From NCBI RefSeq assembly GCF_037042905.1, contig NC_087251.1:32862001-32926000 (forward strand): a stretch of 64,000 nucleotides of DNA, in the 5' to 3' direction. Each line of letters begins with the position of its first letter. The stretch's first letter is position 1. The notes beneath the pieces were generated by a model. The model did not search any database. It saw only the letters and a list, made by a program, of their open reading frames with translations, and was not told the origin of the DNA. A program made the position numbers and the translations under genes. Shown in pieces: positions 10,851 to 23,520 of this stretch. This stretch comes from Lytechinus pictus (Eukaryota).

Positions 10851-11678
10851 GCCCATGGCAACGATACCAAATGATTGTTAGCCGAAATGGGTTTAGGCAA
10901 AGTGATAGCGAACCATCTGAAGTTAGACCAAATTAGACCAAATGGAACGTGGGCGAAATGAGAGTAGACAAAGTAGATATTGGACCAATTGAAAAAAAAT
11001 ACAATTAGACTAAATGATAATAAACAAAACGGCTATTAGACCAACTGGCTATTAGACGAGATGGTAATTAGACGAAATGGTTATTGGACTATGTTGATAG
11101 TTGTTGACTAACTATTGGGAGACGAAATTATATCAGACCATGCGATAGTGGGGAAAAGGCAGTAGACGAAATGGCAATAAACCGATGAATATCCATACAA
11201 AGAGTAATCCTGATTTCCAAATTATCTTTCTCGTGACTCAAAATACTTAGTGAAAGCGTATTTTATATCTTATCTGTAGCTCGAGTCCTGAAGAAAATAC
11301 CGCTGCGACATTATGCGTTGCGACATGTGACATTATGCGTTGACACTTTGCTGCGACATTATGCGTTGCGACATGTGACGTTATGCGTTAGAAAAACTAC
11401 GACATTATGCGTTGACTGCGACATTATGCGTTGGACGCTCTTGGCATAATGTCGCAATCTGCGACATTATGCGTTGCTGCGACATTATGCGTTGGTGCGA
11501 CATTATCGGTTGTAACAGGCCTTACCTAGGCTTAGATCTATGTATATATATCCAATTCTTAAACACTTATCAAACTAGCTGCCATTAATGGCAAGACATG
11601 TGCTAGGCTAGGGCTAGCTTAGGCTAGCGCATTAACTTTACCTCAAATCTGGACCTGTCTAATGCCTAATACTAATAA

Positions 11679-12726
11679 TAATAGCCGACTAATGCCATGG
11701 TTAACTTCGAACCGGTAAATTCCGAAATTTACGTTTGATTTTATTTACCATGGTTTAATAATTCTAGTCCGTATACAGAACCAGTCCTAGATCTAAAAAA
11801 AATATCTTAGTTCTAGTCTAGTCTCTAGATCTAGACTCTGATCTACGCTGTATCAGCACGGAACAAACTAGTGTACCAAAGGGGGGGGGGGGGGGCGCGC
11901 GGGGGGGACGTGCCCGCCCCCCCTCCCCTTTGAGAAACCAAATTAATTTGTAATGTCAAAATGCGCTTATGTCCCCTCTTTTGAACGTGAAGATCTTTTT
12001 TTTTTTGCTTGTCAAATTTTTTTCAGCTAAGAAATCCTTAATTTGGGGTGAAGACAGGGATCAAGATCACTGACGTTAGTTTGTGCCTGACGTTAGAATA
12101 CGTTCTATGCACTGCAGTGGCGTAGCTAGGATTTTTTTCTTGGGGGGGGGGGGTCCTTGCTTTTTCAGGGGGGGGGGCACGTGCCCCCCAGCCCCCCCCC
12201 CCCCCCCCGTAGCTACGCCACTGATGCACTGGCGTACCTAGGATTTTCCAAAAGGGGGACAAATTTTTGGAGGATATTTCATCCACGAAAAATGTGACAA
12301 GCCCCCCCCCCCCCCAAAAAAAAAAAAAAAAAAAAAAAAGATCTTCACGTTCAAAAGAGGGGACATACGTCTTTTTCATTGCATTTTTACACTACAAATT
12401 ATTAATTTGGCTTCTCAAAGGGGGGGGGGGGCACGTTCCCTGAGTCAGTTGTCAGAGGGGCAGTCTGCCCCCCCCCCTTGGTTCACTAGTGGTTCCATGC
12501 TGATACAGCGTAGATCAGAGTCTAGATCTAGATCTAGAGACTAGACTCGAACTAAGATAATATTTTTTAGATCTAGGACTGGTTTTGTATACGGACTAGA
12601 CAAACCATGGGCGCGTATACGGACTAGACAAACCATGGCAAATAAGCTAACATTTGTCTAATCCTTATTAAACGTAAAGTTCGGAATTAACCAGTTCGAA
12701 GTTAACCATGGCATTAGTCGGCTATT
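11679..12726. repeat. Diverged inverted duplication (arms ~11679-12013 and ~12296-12726)
   Basis: aatagccgactaatgccatggttaacttcgaac / gttcgaagttaaccatggcattagtcggctatt; ctagactctgatctacgctgtatcagca / tgctgatacagcgtagatcagagtctag; tatgtcccctcttttgaacgtgaagatc / gatcttcacgttcaaaagaggggacata. Confidence 0.85.
12115..12223. mobile_element. 109-bp hAT-like MITE with perfect 8-bp TSD
   Basis: TIRs cagtggcgtagcta / tagctacgccactg. atgcactg at 12107-12114 and 12224-12231. Confidence 0.9.
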
Positions 12727-12845
12727 CAGTGTTGTAGTCAAGGCTCAAACCTCCAAGGCCAAGGCTTCAATACCAAAGGCCAAGGCTAAGGCCAAGGCAT
12801 GGAAACCCAAGGCCAAGGCCTTAAAACCTCGAGGCCAAGGCATTT
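12727..12845 (+). mobile_element. Left end of a hAT-like element with (ccaagg)n subterminal repeats
   Basis: Starts cagtgttgtagtcaaggc, followed by ~10 caaggc/ccaagg units. The partner end was not found. Confidence 0.55.
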
Positions 12846-13959
12846 CAAACTTACGATATCCAGAACAATGAACTAACAATACTTAGGCGGCATAGATCAC
12901 ACATGGTAAAATGTATGTGAGCGAGGGGACTGAGCGATAATAAAATTTAACCTTTGTACATTTAAAACAAAAATAATTTCATGATAGAGACATATTAAAA
13001 TAATGATATAGTTACCTGTGTACACATAATCCATAATTTTTCTAGGCGATTTACATTGCAATAATTATTATTACCACGGTCATCTGATCCTGGCATTCTC
13101 AACGTATGTTTTTCTCCACTCCCTGGGACAGGGGCAGCATAAAATTATTATGGGGGGGGGGGTCAACGCCAAAAGGCACTCATTTATCAAAATGAGTTTT
13201 TGTGCAAACAGATTCATGTATTTTTAAAATGAGATTATGAACTGCGTGAAGTAATTGTGTGTTTGTAGAAATTAAGTTGAGCAAAGGCTTTCTAAAGTGA
13301 TTTTTAATTATAAGATAGATATTTTGATTTAGGTTTTACTTCTCAGCGACAAAGCATAGCCATAGCGAGCAAGTGGTTTTGAAAAAAAAAAACAATTCTG
13401 GGCCCTGTTGCATAAAAGTTTATGTATTGATTTATGTCATGATTTATGTCACGATTTATGTCATACAGCATAAATCACGCTATAAAATCATGACATAAAT
13501 TTATGTTGTGATTAAAATCAAGACATAAGCGGCGGCTTTCCGCAAGAAGTGACTTAAGGGTAATTTCACGATTATTTTTTTTTAATTATGCCCTCTGTAA
13601 TTTGATGATATTTTGAGTTTTACTTGGACTTTCGAAATAATTTTTGTGTCATTGGATAGCGTATGATGTATTCTTTCAATATTTGAAAAACTAACAATCA
13701 TAAATATTTCCCTTATTTTTATAACCAAAACTAGGCCTAAGCTTAATAGTTATAATGTGTTTACTTCGTTGAGGATAGGACATTTTCCTTAGAATAATAT
13801 CATAATTTAAATATCAACGTCACATATTTTACAAGCACCACCCCTCCCTCCCAAAATAATGCTAATAACTCTGACTTTCAGTCTAGAATCGCCCCTTTTG
13901 TGCTTAATTCAGATGTGATTAAACAAGAAGTTTGCTACACACATTGGCTGATTTCAAGT

Positions 13960-14566
13960 CCGGTGTTGGCGTTGGTGTTGGAAGTTGGATATTCCCCCTA
14001 GCCCCAAAACATATTTTGTGTGTTGGAAATCATGTTACCATGGTAACGGCATACTATATGACAAAAAATGGTAAAACATTTTCAGGTTTAATTACTTCAT
14101 CAATTTTCAACCAATTCTCATGAAATTTGGTTCACACATTAAGTTAGAAGTAAAGGTGTGACAGACACATATTTTGTGTGTGTCGAAAATTGTGTTGCCA
14201 TGGTTACAACATATTATAGGCCCCAAATTAGGTAAAAATCTATTGGTTCCAACTACTTGATTAGTTTTCAACCAATTCTCATGAAATTTTGCTCACACAT
14301 TTGCCTCGAGGTAAAGATGTACAAGACATATTTTTGCATGTGTCGGAAATCGTGTTGCCATGGTAACATTATACAATATGTCCAAAATTAGGCAAAAATC
14401 TTGAGGTTCAAACTACTTCATCAGCAATTCTCATGACTTGATCACACATACATGTAGATCTTGGGTAAAGATGGGCAATAAATATATTTTTTCCATGTGT
14501 TGGAAACTGTTGCCATGATAACGGCGTAGGGCAGGGGTATTAATCACCTTCATTGATAGTTCTAGT
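13960..14566 (+). mobile_element. Helentron/DINE-1/pearl-like non-autonomous element remnant with ~158-bp internal tandem repeats
   Basis: ggtgttggcgttggtgttgg microsatellite, then four units (catattttg..ggaaa..gttgccatggtaac at ~14010, 14168, 14327, 14482). Ends with a weak stem-loop and ctagt before tt. Confidence 0.6.
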
Positions 14567-14916
14567 TTAAGTTACCCCAAAATTTTGCTTGCTCGCAGTT
14601 TTTTGAAATTTTGCCCTTTACACCATGTCTGCCCTATAAAAATTTAAATTCCTGAAGCCACCCCTTTAAACTAAAAGAAAACTCCTTTGCAGAGAACAAT
14701 ATTTATATCAGTCATCCCCAAACCATTAACTCCGATTGACAACTATGCATATATCCCTGTAATCATTTATTCATTATTTTTTTAATTCTATATAATTTCA
14801 GTTGTCTATTTTATAATCGTGTCATGGAACCCTCTTGCCTGAGCAGTTTGGGCGAGGGTTACACATTTGGAAGCACAGTGGGGCAATTTCGTCAAGAAAA
14901 TATTTGACATAAAATA

Positions 14917-14947
<31 letters not shown>

Positions 14948-14950
14948 ATA
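14917..14950 (+). repeat. (TAAA)n microsatellite
   Basis: About eight perfect units. Confidence 0.9.
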
Positions 14951-15632
14951 GGCCTAAATAAAAATGTTCCTCACTTCAGAACAATGGTCTAATCCGATGG
15001 TTTGGTTTATTGTTTTTTGCTAAGAAAAAAATAAAAGAGATACGGTTTTCCTTGCCCAAAACTGGCCAAGATGGGGCGATGGGGGGGGGGGTACTTTTAA
15101 AAAAATGCCCACTTATTGTCCAAATTTCAAGAGGAGTGCATATGAGGGGCCACTACTCATCACAGCCTTGTGCCTAAATTGGGACACATTCATGCCACCT
15201 GTATCCCTTGATCCATGCCTCTGTCACCCATCATTTATATTTTTTTCATCTTTAAGCACCTGGCCATTTTCTTTCTATCTCTCATTAAATGTAACCAACC
15301 CCCTCCCCAAAAAATGCTTTATCATATTTTTCCATTTCATTATCTTCCACCCTCCGAGGTTGGCCCACTATCATTCTTGAAATTTATCTCTTTAATTCTC
15401 TATACATCTCTCTACCTCTGTTAATGACTTCTTCACATTTCTACTTTTTTCTATTTCTAATTCACCTCGCCTCTCTCTCTCTCTTTCTCTCATTATTCCT
15501 TATACAGTGTAATTTTTGCATATCTGGATCTTTCAAATTTTTTCATGATATTTCCTTTTCATTTCTCGCCCTTGCTAATTCAAATCTTCATCTCAATCAA
15601 TTATTTTTCTAATTTGACAATTCATGGGACAA

Positions 15633-16364
15633 CTATTGGTTTTAACTGGTATCAATTGGTTTGATATTCCAGTATGGTTAATGGGTTTTTTAAGTGGGTT
15701 ATGGGAGGTCTATGGGTTTCAACTGGCATAATCTGTTCCATATTGGTTTATGGGTTTTAACTGGAATCAGCTGGTTGATATATCAGTAAGGCCTATTGGT
15801 TTTAGCTGGTATCAATTGGTTTGATATTCCAGTATGGTTAATGGGTTTCAAGTGGATATGGGAGGTCTATGGTTTCAACTGGTACATTCTGGTCCAGTTT
15901 GGTTTATGGGTGTTTACTGGAATCAACTGGTAGATATATCAGTAAGGCCTATTGGTTCTAACTAGTATCAATTGGTTAAATGATATACCAGTATGGTTAA
16001 TGGGTTTAAGATGGCATTAACTGGTATATGCACCCATTGAGTTATGGGTTCCAACTGGCATCAAATGGTCCAGTTTGGCTTATGGGTTTTAAACTGGAAT
16101 CTATTGGTAGATAAACCAGCAAGGCCTATTGGTTTTAACTGGTATTAACTGGTGTACTAATTTATACCAGTATAGTTAATTGGTTTCAACTGGAATCAAC
16201 TTGTATGTTTTCAGCATGTCCAGTTGGGACAATTGGTTTCAACTGGAATATACTGGTATGATGGGAGTTTACCAGTTGTGCCAATCGGTTTCAACTGGTC
16301 CCAGTTAAATCCAGTTGAAACCAGTTAAAATTTCAACTGGTTTCAACTGTTTTTTTTTACCTGG
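15633..16364. repeat. Diverged tandem array (~155-177 bp units, aactgg-rich), probably the interior and end of a non-autonomous DNA element
   Basis: ctattggtttt/tct..ctggtat..a.tggt recurs at ~15633, 15794, 15949, 16126. Ends ttttttttacctggg. Confidence 0.65.
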
Positions 16365-17858
16365 GTTCAGAGTTTATAAAAAAATAATCCTACAATTTTC
16401 TACAAATATTAATTACTATTTCTAGTAGGGAAACGTGTGTTCTGAGGGGCAAATCATATTTTAACTCCACCCCTCTTCCTCCCGATTCATTGAAAGCAAC
16501 AAAACAAAGAGATGAAGCAAAAAGAATGACATTTTGTGTAAATTTATTACTTTTAAAATAAATACACACCAAAATTTGTAAAACAATATAATCTTTTCAA
16601 AATTATAATTCATAATTATTTATTGCTTTTTTAAAGTAGTTTCAACTTGTCTTTTAATTTACTTGATTTATTTGGGTTCAATATACATTTAAGAAAATTC
16701 ACGTACTGCTAGCTTGCTTCAATTGAGTGAATCTAACTTAATTAGGCAAAGATGATTATTACTTATAAAATCATGTTGAATGTACTTATATTTTCAATTA
16801 ACGCCTTATTGAAATAATGCATGAATATTCATTAGAGCAAGTCATTTTTTTTTTACTGTCATAGGCCTATCTATTTGTGTTTGAAATTGTTTTGGATAAG
16901 GGTGTGCATTTTATTCTTTTGTTGAATTAAAGATTGAGCAACATTAAATTTAGCAGAAAATTTCAGATTTCTTTTTAGGTTTTCGGAAAATGCTTATATT
17001 ATTCTCATTGTTTTATTTGTATGAATGAAACGATCGCGTATAAATATCTGTCAGTACCTATACATGTACAGGTAAGTGACAATGCACAAAGTCTAATATT
17101 TGGATAAAAGATGTCTAAGATGAAAATGATGCCACTAAAAGTGGGACGATGGGGGGAGCGGACTTTTTAATCACGAAAGTCCACTCCCCCATTTGATTTT
17201 TTCAAATATTTTAGTGATTGTTTTACTTAATTGAATTAAGTTATTGTAACTTAATTTTCTTGAGTAAAAATGGATGCAAAGAAAAAAAAGTAAATTTTAC
17301 TTAAAACTACCAAACTCATAAATACTGGAAAAAATTTAAGTAATTTTTTGCCACAATTTTATACAGTCATTTCAACTATTTTTTTTTACAGTGTCGATTC
17401 AAATGAAATATATTATTCATATCCTAAATTAATACAATACCTAAATCAAGTGTACAACTACAAACATGACACATAATACATTTAAAAAAAACATGAATAA
17501 CTATATCGCATTTGTATGCTTAATAAATATTTCCATTTAAAAGAGAAAGATTTCTGTAAGATTTCATGAAGAGGAACTCACAGTGAAGTAATTTATTCTT
17601 ATTCTCCTTTTCTCCACTTCCACCCCTCCTCTTCTATTTCTTCATAATCTTCTTCTCCTCTTCCTTCTTTGTCGCCTTCTTTTCTACTTATTGTTCCTTT
17701 GTATTATGACTTATCATCATTATCATTATAATAATTTTATGATAAAAATCATAAAAAGGTATTCACAATATCAATATAATGATTATTATCTTTGAAAAAT
17801 GAAAATGAGTACTTTTGTTAATTTTACAAAGCGTTTAGAGAATACTTAAGTCAGTGAA

Positions 17859-20335
17859 CAATTCAATTCAATTCAAGGCTTTAATCCAGACACAGCTGCA
17901 TATGCAGAGGTCCATATCAACAAATAACATACATGTAATATACATCAAGACAAACATACAAAGATAATACTGGAATAAACAAAGAACAAATAAAGTATAA
18001 ACAGTCAAAAAGGGGTAAAACAAATCACACTAATAACTAGGAACAAACAATGAATACCTAAAACAAGTTGTTAAGCAGTAAGTGAATAGTACAACAGTAC
18101 AATGGAAATATTTACATATGGCAAAATGAGTAACTTGTCTCGAAAAAGACAAAGATACAGACTAATATTAGTAGACCACTAATTACTTATGACTCTGCTA
18201 ACAAATTGTCATACCAACGCTTCCACAGTTCCGAGGTGTACCTCGTACAGCTCTGTAAGGGGTTAACCAATATATTTACAATAGCATTTTCAGAAATGTC
18301 AATTCTCTCAATAAACTTAAAAGTTAGGTTTCTAAGAACGGCTTGACATGAAGGTACATGAGCGTCAGCGAACATTCTACTAGCACTAGAGTGCCTAGGT
18401 AACTGAAGAAGCATTCTCATAGCATCGTTATAGGCTACCATAAGTTTCCTTAAACTGCTCTTTTTATATCTGCACCATAAATGTGCAGTATACAACGGTG
18501 TACAATATGCTCGAAATAATGCAATCTTTACTCCATGGGAGCACATATGGAACTTCCTGCACAGTGTGTTTCCTTGTGCATAAAGTTTGCGACACTGTCT
18601 ATAAATATCTCTATCATCACATAGGTCCTCTGTGAAAAAATGACCAAGATATCGGGTCTCCTTACAAACTTCAAGTTTGGTGCCACACAGATAGAAATCT
18701 GGAAACACTAATCTATTATGATCTTTACAAGTAACAAACATAGCATGACTTTTTTTCGCATTAAATTTGACATCATTATCCATACCTAACTGAGTGCAAA
18801 CATTTAACAAACTCTGCAGCCCGGCAGTTGACGGACTAAAAATTACAAGATCGTCAGCATACATCAAGTGATTAATCTTGGTACAACCAACTAAACAGCC
18901 AGTACTACAATCATTCAATTTCACAGATAAGTCATCCATGTACAAGTTAAAAAGGTATGGAGACAATATCCTTGTCGAACACCATTAACAACAGTAAACG
19001 AGTCGGATAGGCAGCTACCCCATCTAATCATCATAGTTTGGTTACCATACCAATATATTAATATCCTGATCAAATAACTTGGTATCCCCCTATCATACAT
19101 TTTTTGGAAGAGTTTTCCATGATTGACTCTATCAAATGCTTTGGAGGCATGAAGAAAACATAAAAACACTGAGGAATTTCTCTTTTGATAGCTCGCAATG
19201 ATCTCTTTTAGAACAAAAATACACATATCAGTTCCATGTTTCGCTCTAAAGCCAAATTGATTATCACATATTGAAATATATTTTTCTAACCTAAACAGAA
19301 TTATCTTCTCCAAGACTTTAGAAATTACACTCGCTAACGCAATTGGTCTATAGTTATCTTTGCTAGCAATTCGGCCCGCTTTGTCCTTTAACACAGGGAC
19401 CAAAATAACAGATAGCATACTATCGGGTAGTATTCCATGAATTAAAAAACCAGAAAAGCATACAGCAAGTAAAGGACCTAATTTGGAGTTAGCATACTTT
19501 AAATGCTCTGCAGTTATACCGTCTAACCCGCATGACTTATTGCCATCAAGCTTCGTAATGGCTTTTACAATTTCTTCCGGGGAAACAATCATATCATCAT
19601 GAAAAGAAACATTGTTAACTAAAAACTTTTCACTTCTAACACAGTTTAGCAGATCCTTATAGTGCTTTCTCCATAGTTCACATATTTCATTATCTCCTGT
19701 GACACCTTCAATGTTTGTAGGTGAGGGTGATTTACTATTATTCATGTACCTGATTTCTTTCCAAAAATCATTATAACTCTTATTCTGCAGTTTACTAGCA
19801 ATTGAATCCGCACGCATAGTGTTTTCATTATTTTTAACAAAACGTAAAGCATATTTAAATCGCGCATTCGCCTTATTTTTCAACTCAAAGAGAGGGCCAT
19901 TCTTAATTTTGCCATCCTCTATCCAACGCAAAAGAGCTTCTCGAGCCTGTGAGTGAAGCTGTGCAACATGTTCATTCCAGCCAGGCTTTGAATGTCCCTG
20001 GACCCTTTTAAACTTATACAAACAATCACTTGCATCACATAAAACATCTACAATACTGTTATACAAATTACATAAGTCACCTATGTGACCACTAGTTGTA
20101 CAATTAGGATCATTACAAGAAAAGGCATCAGACACCAAATTTATTTTATTAAACCCTAACTCAGTTCGGCGGCAATATTCATCTTTGAGACTATCATTAA
20201 TCCTCACCCAATCTATCTTCCCTTTTCTAATATTATTCGAACCAGCCTTCATGTGACCAGGCAAGTGCCCCAAATGAATTGATATACTAATTGGAATATG
20301 ATCTGCGGTAGCAAATTTGTCATCATGGTCATATA
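17859..20335 (-). mobile_element. 5'-truncated RTE-X-like LINE (end of endonuclease, linker, RT, C-terminus, 3' UTR, (TTGAA)n tail)
   Basis: ORFs 18921-20372 and 18187-18966 carry ADHIP, PGWNEHV..RFKYALR, NYRPIALAS, QFGFR, GVRQG/LSPYLF and YADD. Tail attaaagcc(ttgaa)3 on the - strand. The clade call is from recalled linker motifs. Confidence 0.9.
18187..20335 (-). pseudogene. Disabled LINE ORF2
   Basis: Frameshift at ~18966-18972 between GVRQG and LSPYLF. FLHASKAFD replaces the canonical FLDxSKAFD. Confidence 0.88.
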
Positions 20336-20557
20336 GTTCCCTTGCCAGGTGCAACCAGGTCCATGGCGTCACGTCTTCAAAAGTCTTGACTCTTGAACAA
20401 TCTGAAATAAGAAGAATCAGTGCAAACCACGTTAGCAGCTCAACTTGATAATAGCAGAGTGTTCACATTCATGTACAGTATGTATGATTTATGGAAGAGC
20501 CTTATGATGTTGCAATCACGGGCTTAAATTAAAAAAAAGATAGAATGTGAAATTAAA

Positions 20558-21321
20558 ACAAGTGGAATGCCTCTGGCCGTCTCACCTGCATCACGCGATT
20601 CAATATAGCAGAAGTGCTGATTTTGAAAACTATTATAACTCGCACAAGATGTTCAGTGATACTTGGTTACTCTTATTTCCACGTTTTATGAACTAAACCC
20701 ATATACTTATAGAGATATGATGGCAATTCAACAAATACCCCAAACGTGGCCAAAGTTCTTTGACCTTGATCATGTGACCTGAAACTTGCACAGGATGTTC
20801 AGTAATACTTGATTACTATTATGTCCAAGTTTCATGAATCAGATCCATAAACTTTCAAAGTTATGATGGTAATTCAACAGATACCCCCAATTCGGCCAAA
20901 GTTCATTGACCCTAAATGACCTTTGACCTTGGTCATGTGACGTGAAACTCATGCAGTATGTTCAGTGATACTTGATTAACCTTATGTATAAGTTTCATGA
21001 ACTAGGTCTATATATTTTCTAAGTTATGATGACATTTCAAAAACTTAACCTTAGGTTAAGATTTTGATGTTGATTCCCCCAACATGGTCTAAGTTCATTG
21101 ACCCTAAATGACCTTTGACCTTGATCCTGTGACCTGAAACTTACACAGGATGTTCAGTAATACTTGATTAACCTTATGGCCAAGTTTCATGAACTAGGTT
21201 CATATACTTTCTAAGTTATGCTGTCATTTCAAAAACTTAACCTCAGGTTAAGATTTGGTGTTGCCGCCGCCGCCGTCTAAAAAGCGGCGCCTATAATCTC
21301 ACTCTGCAATGCAGGTGAGAC
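20558..21321 (-). mobile_element. Complete Helentron/pearl-like non-autonomous element (copy 1)
   Basis: acaagtggaatgcctctggcc, subTIR gtctcacctgca, four ~146-191-bp internal repeats, (gcc)n microsatellite, and a hairpin tctcactctgc..gcaggtgagac carrying the partner subTIR. Inserted in an A-run with no TSD. Confidence 0.8.
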
Positions 21322-21541
21322 AAAAAATGGGTTAATAGTCTCCGAAAATTATTTTTGATACCCGTATATTGAAGTCAGAAAATATATTTAATTTCAATCA
21401 TATCATTGGAGAAAATGTTCATGTGTGGTGTAAGGAGGGCAAGGGTGCAGGGTAGGCGACTCACCTCTAGTAGTGGGGGAAATAAGAGAACTTTAGAAGA
21501 GGGGAAGAACAAGAAATGGGGGGAAAATACATGAACACAAA

Positions 21542-23520
21542 ATTGAGGTCAAGGTCATGTTTATGTTACCAACTTACCATCTATCTCTACTACTACTAGT
21601 TTATTCTTAAATGCACTTATATTGTGTTTATGCTTGTAAGCTCACATTGTTAGTCTCTTTGTTGAGATTCTAATAAAAAATAAAATCAACTGAATCTGAA
21701 TCTCTTGCAAAAGTTAAGTGGAAAATAATTGTTACAATAGTATGGATCCAATAGTCTACCTAGATTTTGTTTTCATTTTGACGAGTTACATTGTTCTTGC
21801 TCTTACATATTTTTGAGAATGCATTCCATAATTATATTGTCATTGATTGAAATATTAAGAGGGCTCAGATGTCAATTCAAACTTGACATTCTATAAAAAT
21901 TCATGAGATTGATATTATCCATTTTTGTGAGTAAATTTAAGATGAATTTATTACAAGATGTGGATGAATTAAATAGATATAACAGTACATCACATTTACA
22001 ACCGCTCTTAAGAGTAAAATAAATAAAACAAGTGGAATGCCTCTGGCCGTCTCACCTGCATCACGCAATTCAATATAGCAGCAGTGCTGATTTTGAAAAC
22101 TACTATAACTCGCACAAGATGTTTAGTGATACTTGGTTACTCTTATTTCCACGTTTTATGAACTAAACCCATACACTTATAGAGAATGTATGATGGTAAT
22201 TCAACAAATACCCCCAACGTGGCCAAAGTTCATTGACCTTACATGACCTTTGACCTTGATCATGTGACCTGAAACTCGCACAGGATGTTCAGTGATACTT
22301 TATTAGTCTTGTGTCCAAGTTTCAAGAGTCAGATCCATCAACTTTCAAAGTTATGATGGTAATTCAACAGATACCCCCATTATGGCCAAAGTTCATTGAC
22401 CTTTGACCTTGGTCATGTGACCTAAAATGCGCACAGGATGTTCAGTGATACTTGATTACTCTTATGTCCAAGTTTTATGAACTAGACCAACACACTTTTA
22501 AAGTTATGGCAGTAATTCAACAAATACAACGAGGTATTGAGGTCAAGGTCATGTTTATGTTACCAACTTACCACCTATCTCTACTACTACTATTTTATTC
22601 TTAAATGCACTTATATTGTGTTTATGCTTGTAAGCTCACATTGTTAGTCTCTTTGTTGAGATTCTAATAAAAAATAAAATCAACTGAATCTGAATCTCTT
22701 GCAAAAGTTAAGTGGAAAATAATTGTTACAATAGTATGGATCCAATAGTCTACCTAGATTTTGTTTTCATTTTGACGAGTTACATTGTTCTTGCTCTTAC
22801 ATATTTTTGAGAATGCATTCCATAATTATATTGTCATTGATTGAAATATTAAGAGGGCTCAGATGTCAATTCAAACTTGACATTCTATAAAAATTCATGA
22901 GATTGATATTATCCATTTTTGTGAGTAAATTTAAGATGAATTTATTACAAGATGTGGATGAATTAAATAGATATAACAGTACATCACATTTACAACCGCT
23001 CTTAAGAGTAAAATAAATAAAACAAGTGGAATGCCTCTGGCCGTCTCACCTGCATCACTCGATTCAATATAGCAGCAGTGCTGATTTTGAAAACTACTAT
23101 ATAACTCGCACAAGATGTTTAGTGATACTTGGTTACTCTTATTACCACGTTTTATGAACTAAACCCATACACTTATAGAGATATGATGGTAATTCAACAA
23201 ATACCCCCAACGTGGCCAAAGTTCATTGACCTTACATGACCTTTGACCTTGATCATGTGACCTGAAACTCGCAAAGGATGTTCAGTGATACTTTATTAGT
23301 CTTGTGTCCAAGTTTCAAGAGTCAGATCCTTCAACTTTCAAAGTTATGATGGTAATTCAACAGATACCCCCATTATGGCCAAAGTTCATTGACCTTTGAC
23401 CTTGGTCATGTGACCTAAAATGCGCACAGGATGTTCAGTGATACTTGATTACTCTTATGTCCAAGTTTTATGAACTAGACCAACACACTTTCAAAGTTAT
23501 GGCAGTAATTCAACAAATAC
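21542..23520 (+). repeat. Tandem segmental duplication, ~985 bp x2 (21542-22527, 22536-23520)
   Basis: Both copies start attgaggtcaaggtcatgtttatg and end ggcagtaattcaacaaatac. They are nearly identical and separated by the 8-bp filler aacgaggt. Confidence 0.92.
22028..22527 (-). mobile_element. Truncated copy of the same Helentron/pearl-like element (product of the duplication)
   Basis: Same start as 20558 and 23022. Stops at the duplication junction. Confidence 0.8.

Larger units (their letters stand above)
7627..11517. mobile_element. Foldback-type DNA element with TGT..ACA termini, ~0.7-kb inverted arms and 5-bp TSD (Ginger-like termini)
   Basis: tgttacaaccgataat (7627-7642) / attatcggttgtaaca (11502-11517). 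ggcct at 7622-7626 and 11518-11522. Arms 8854-9546 and 10852-~11485 are reverse complements. Confidence 0.85.

Noticed and set aside
662..16572. Short ORFs (60-130 aa) outside the LINEs
   Set aside because: They lie in MITEs or low-complexity AT/purine tracts, have biased composition and show no recognisable motifs.
17200..17393. CACTA-like terminus (ttttttacagtg), and a similar cactaagaa at ~24422
   Set aside because: Only single ends are seen, with no partner TIR or TSD, so they are not annotated as elements.
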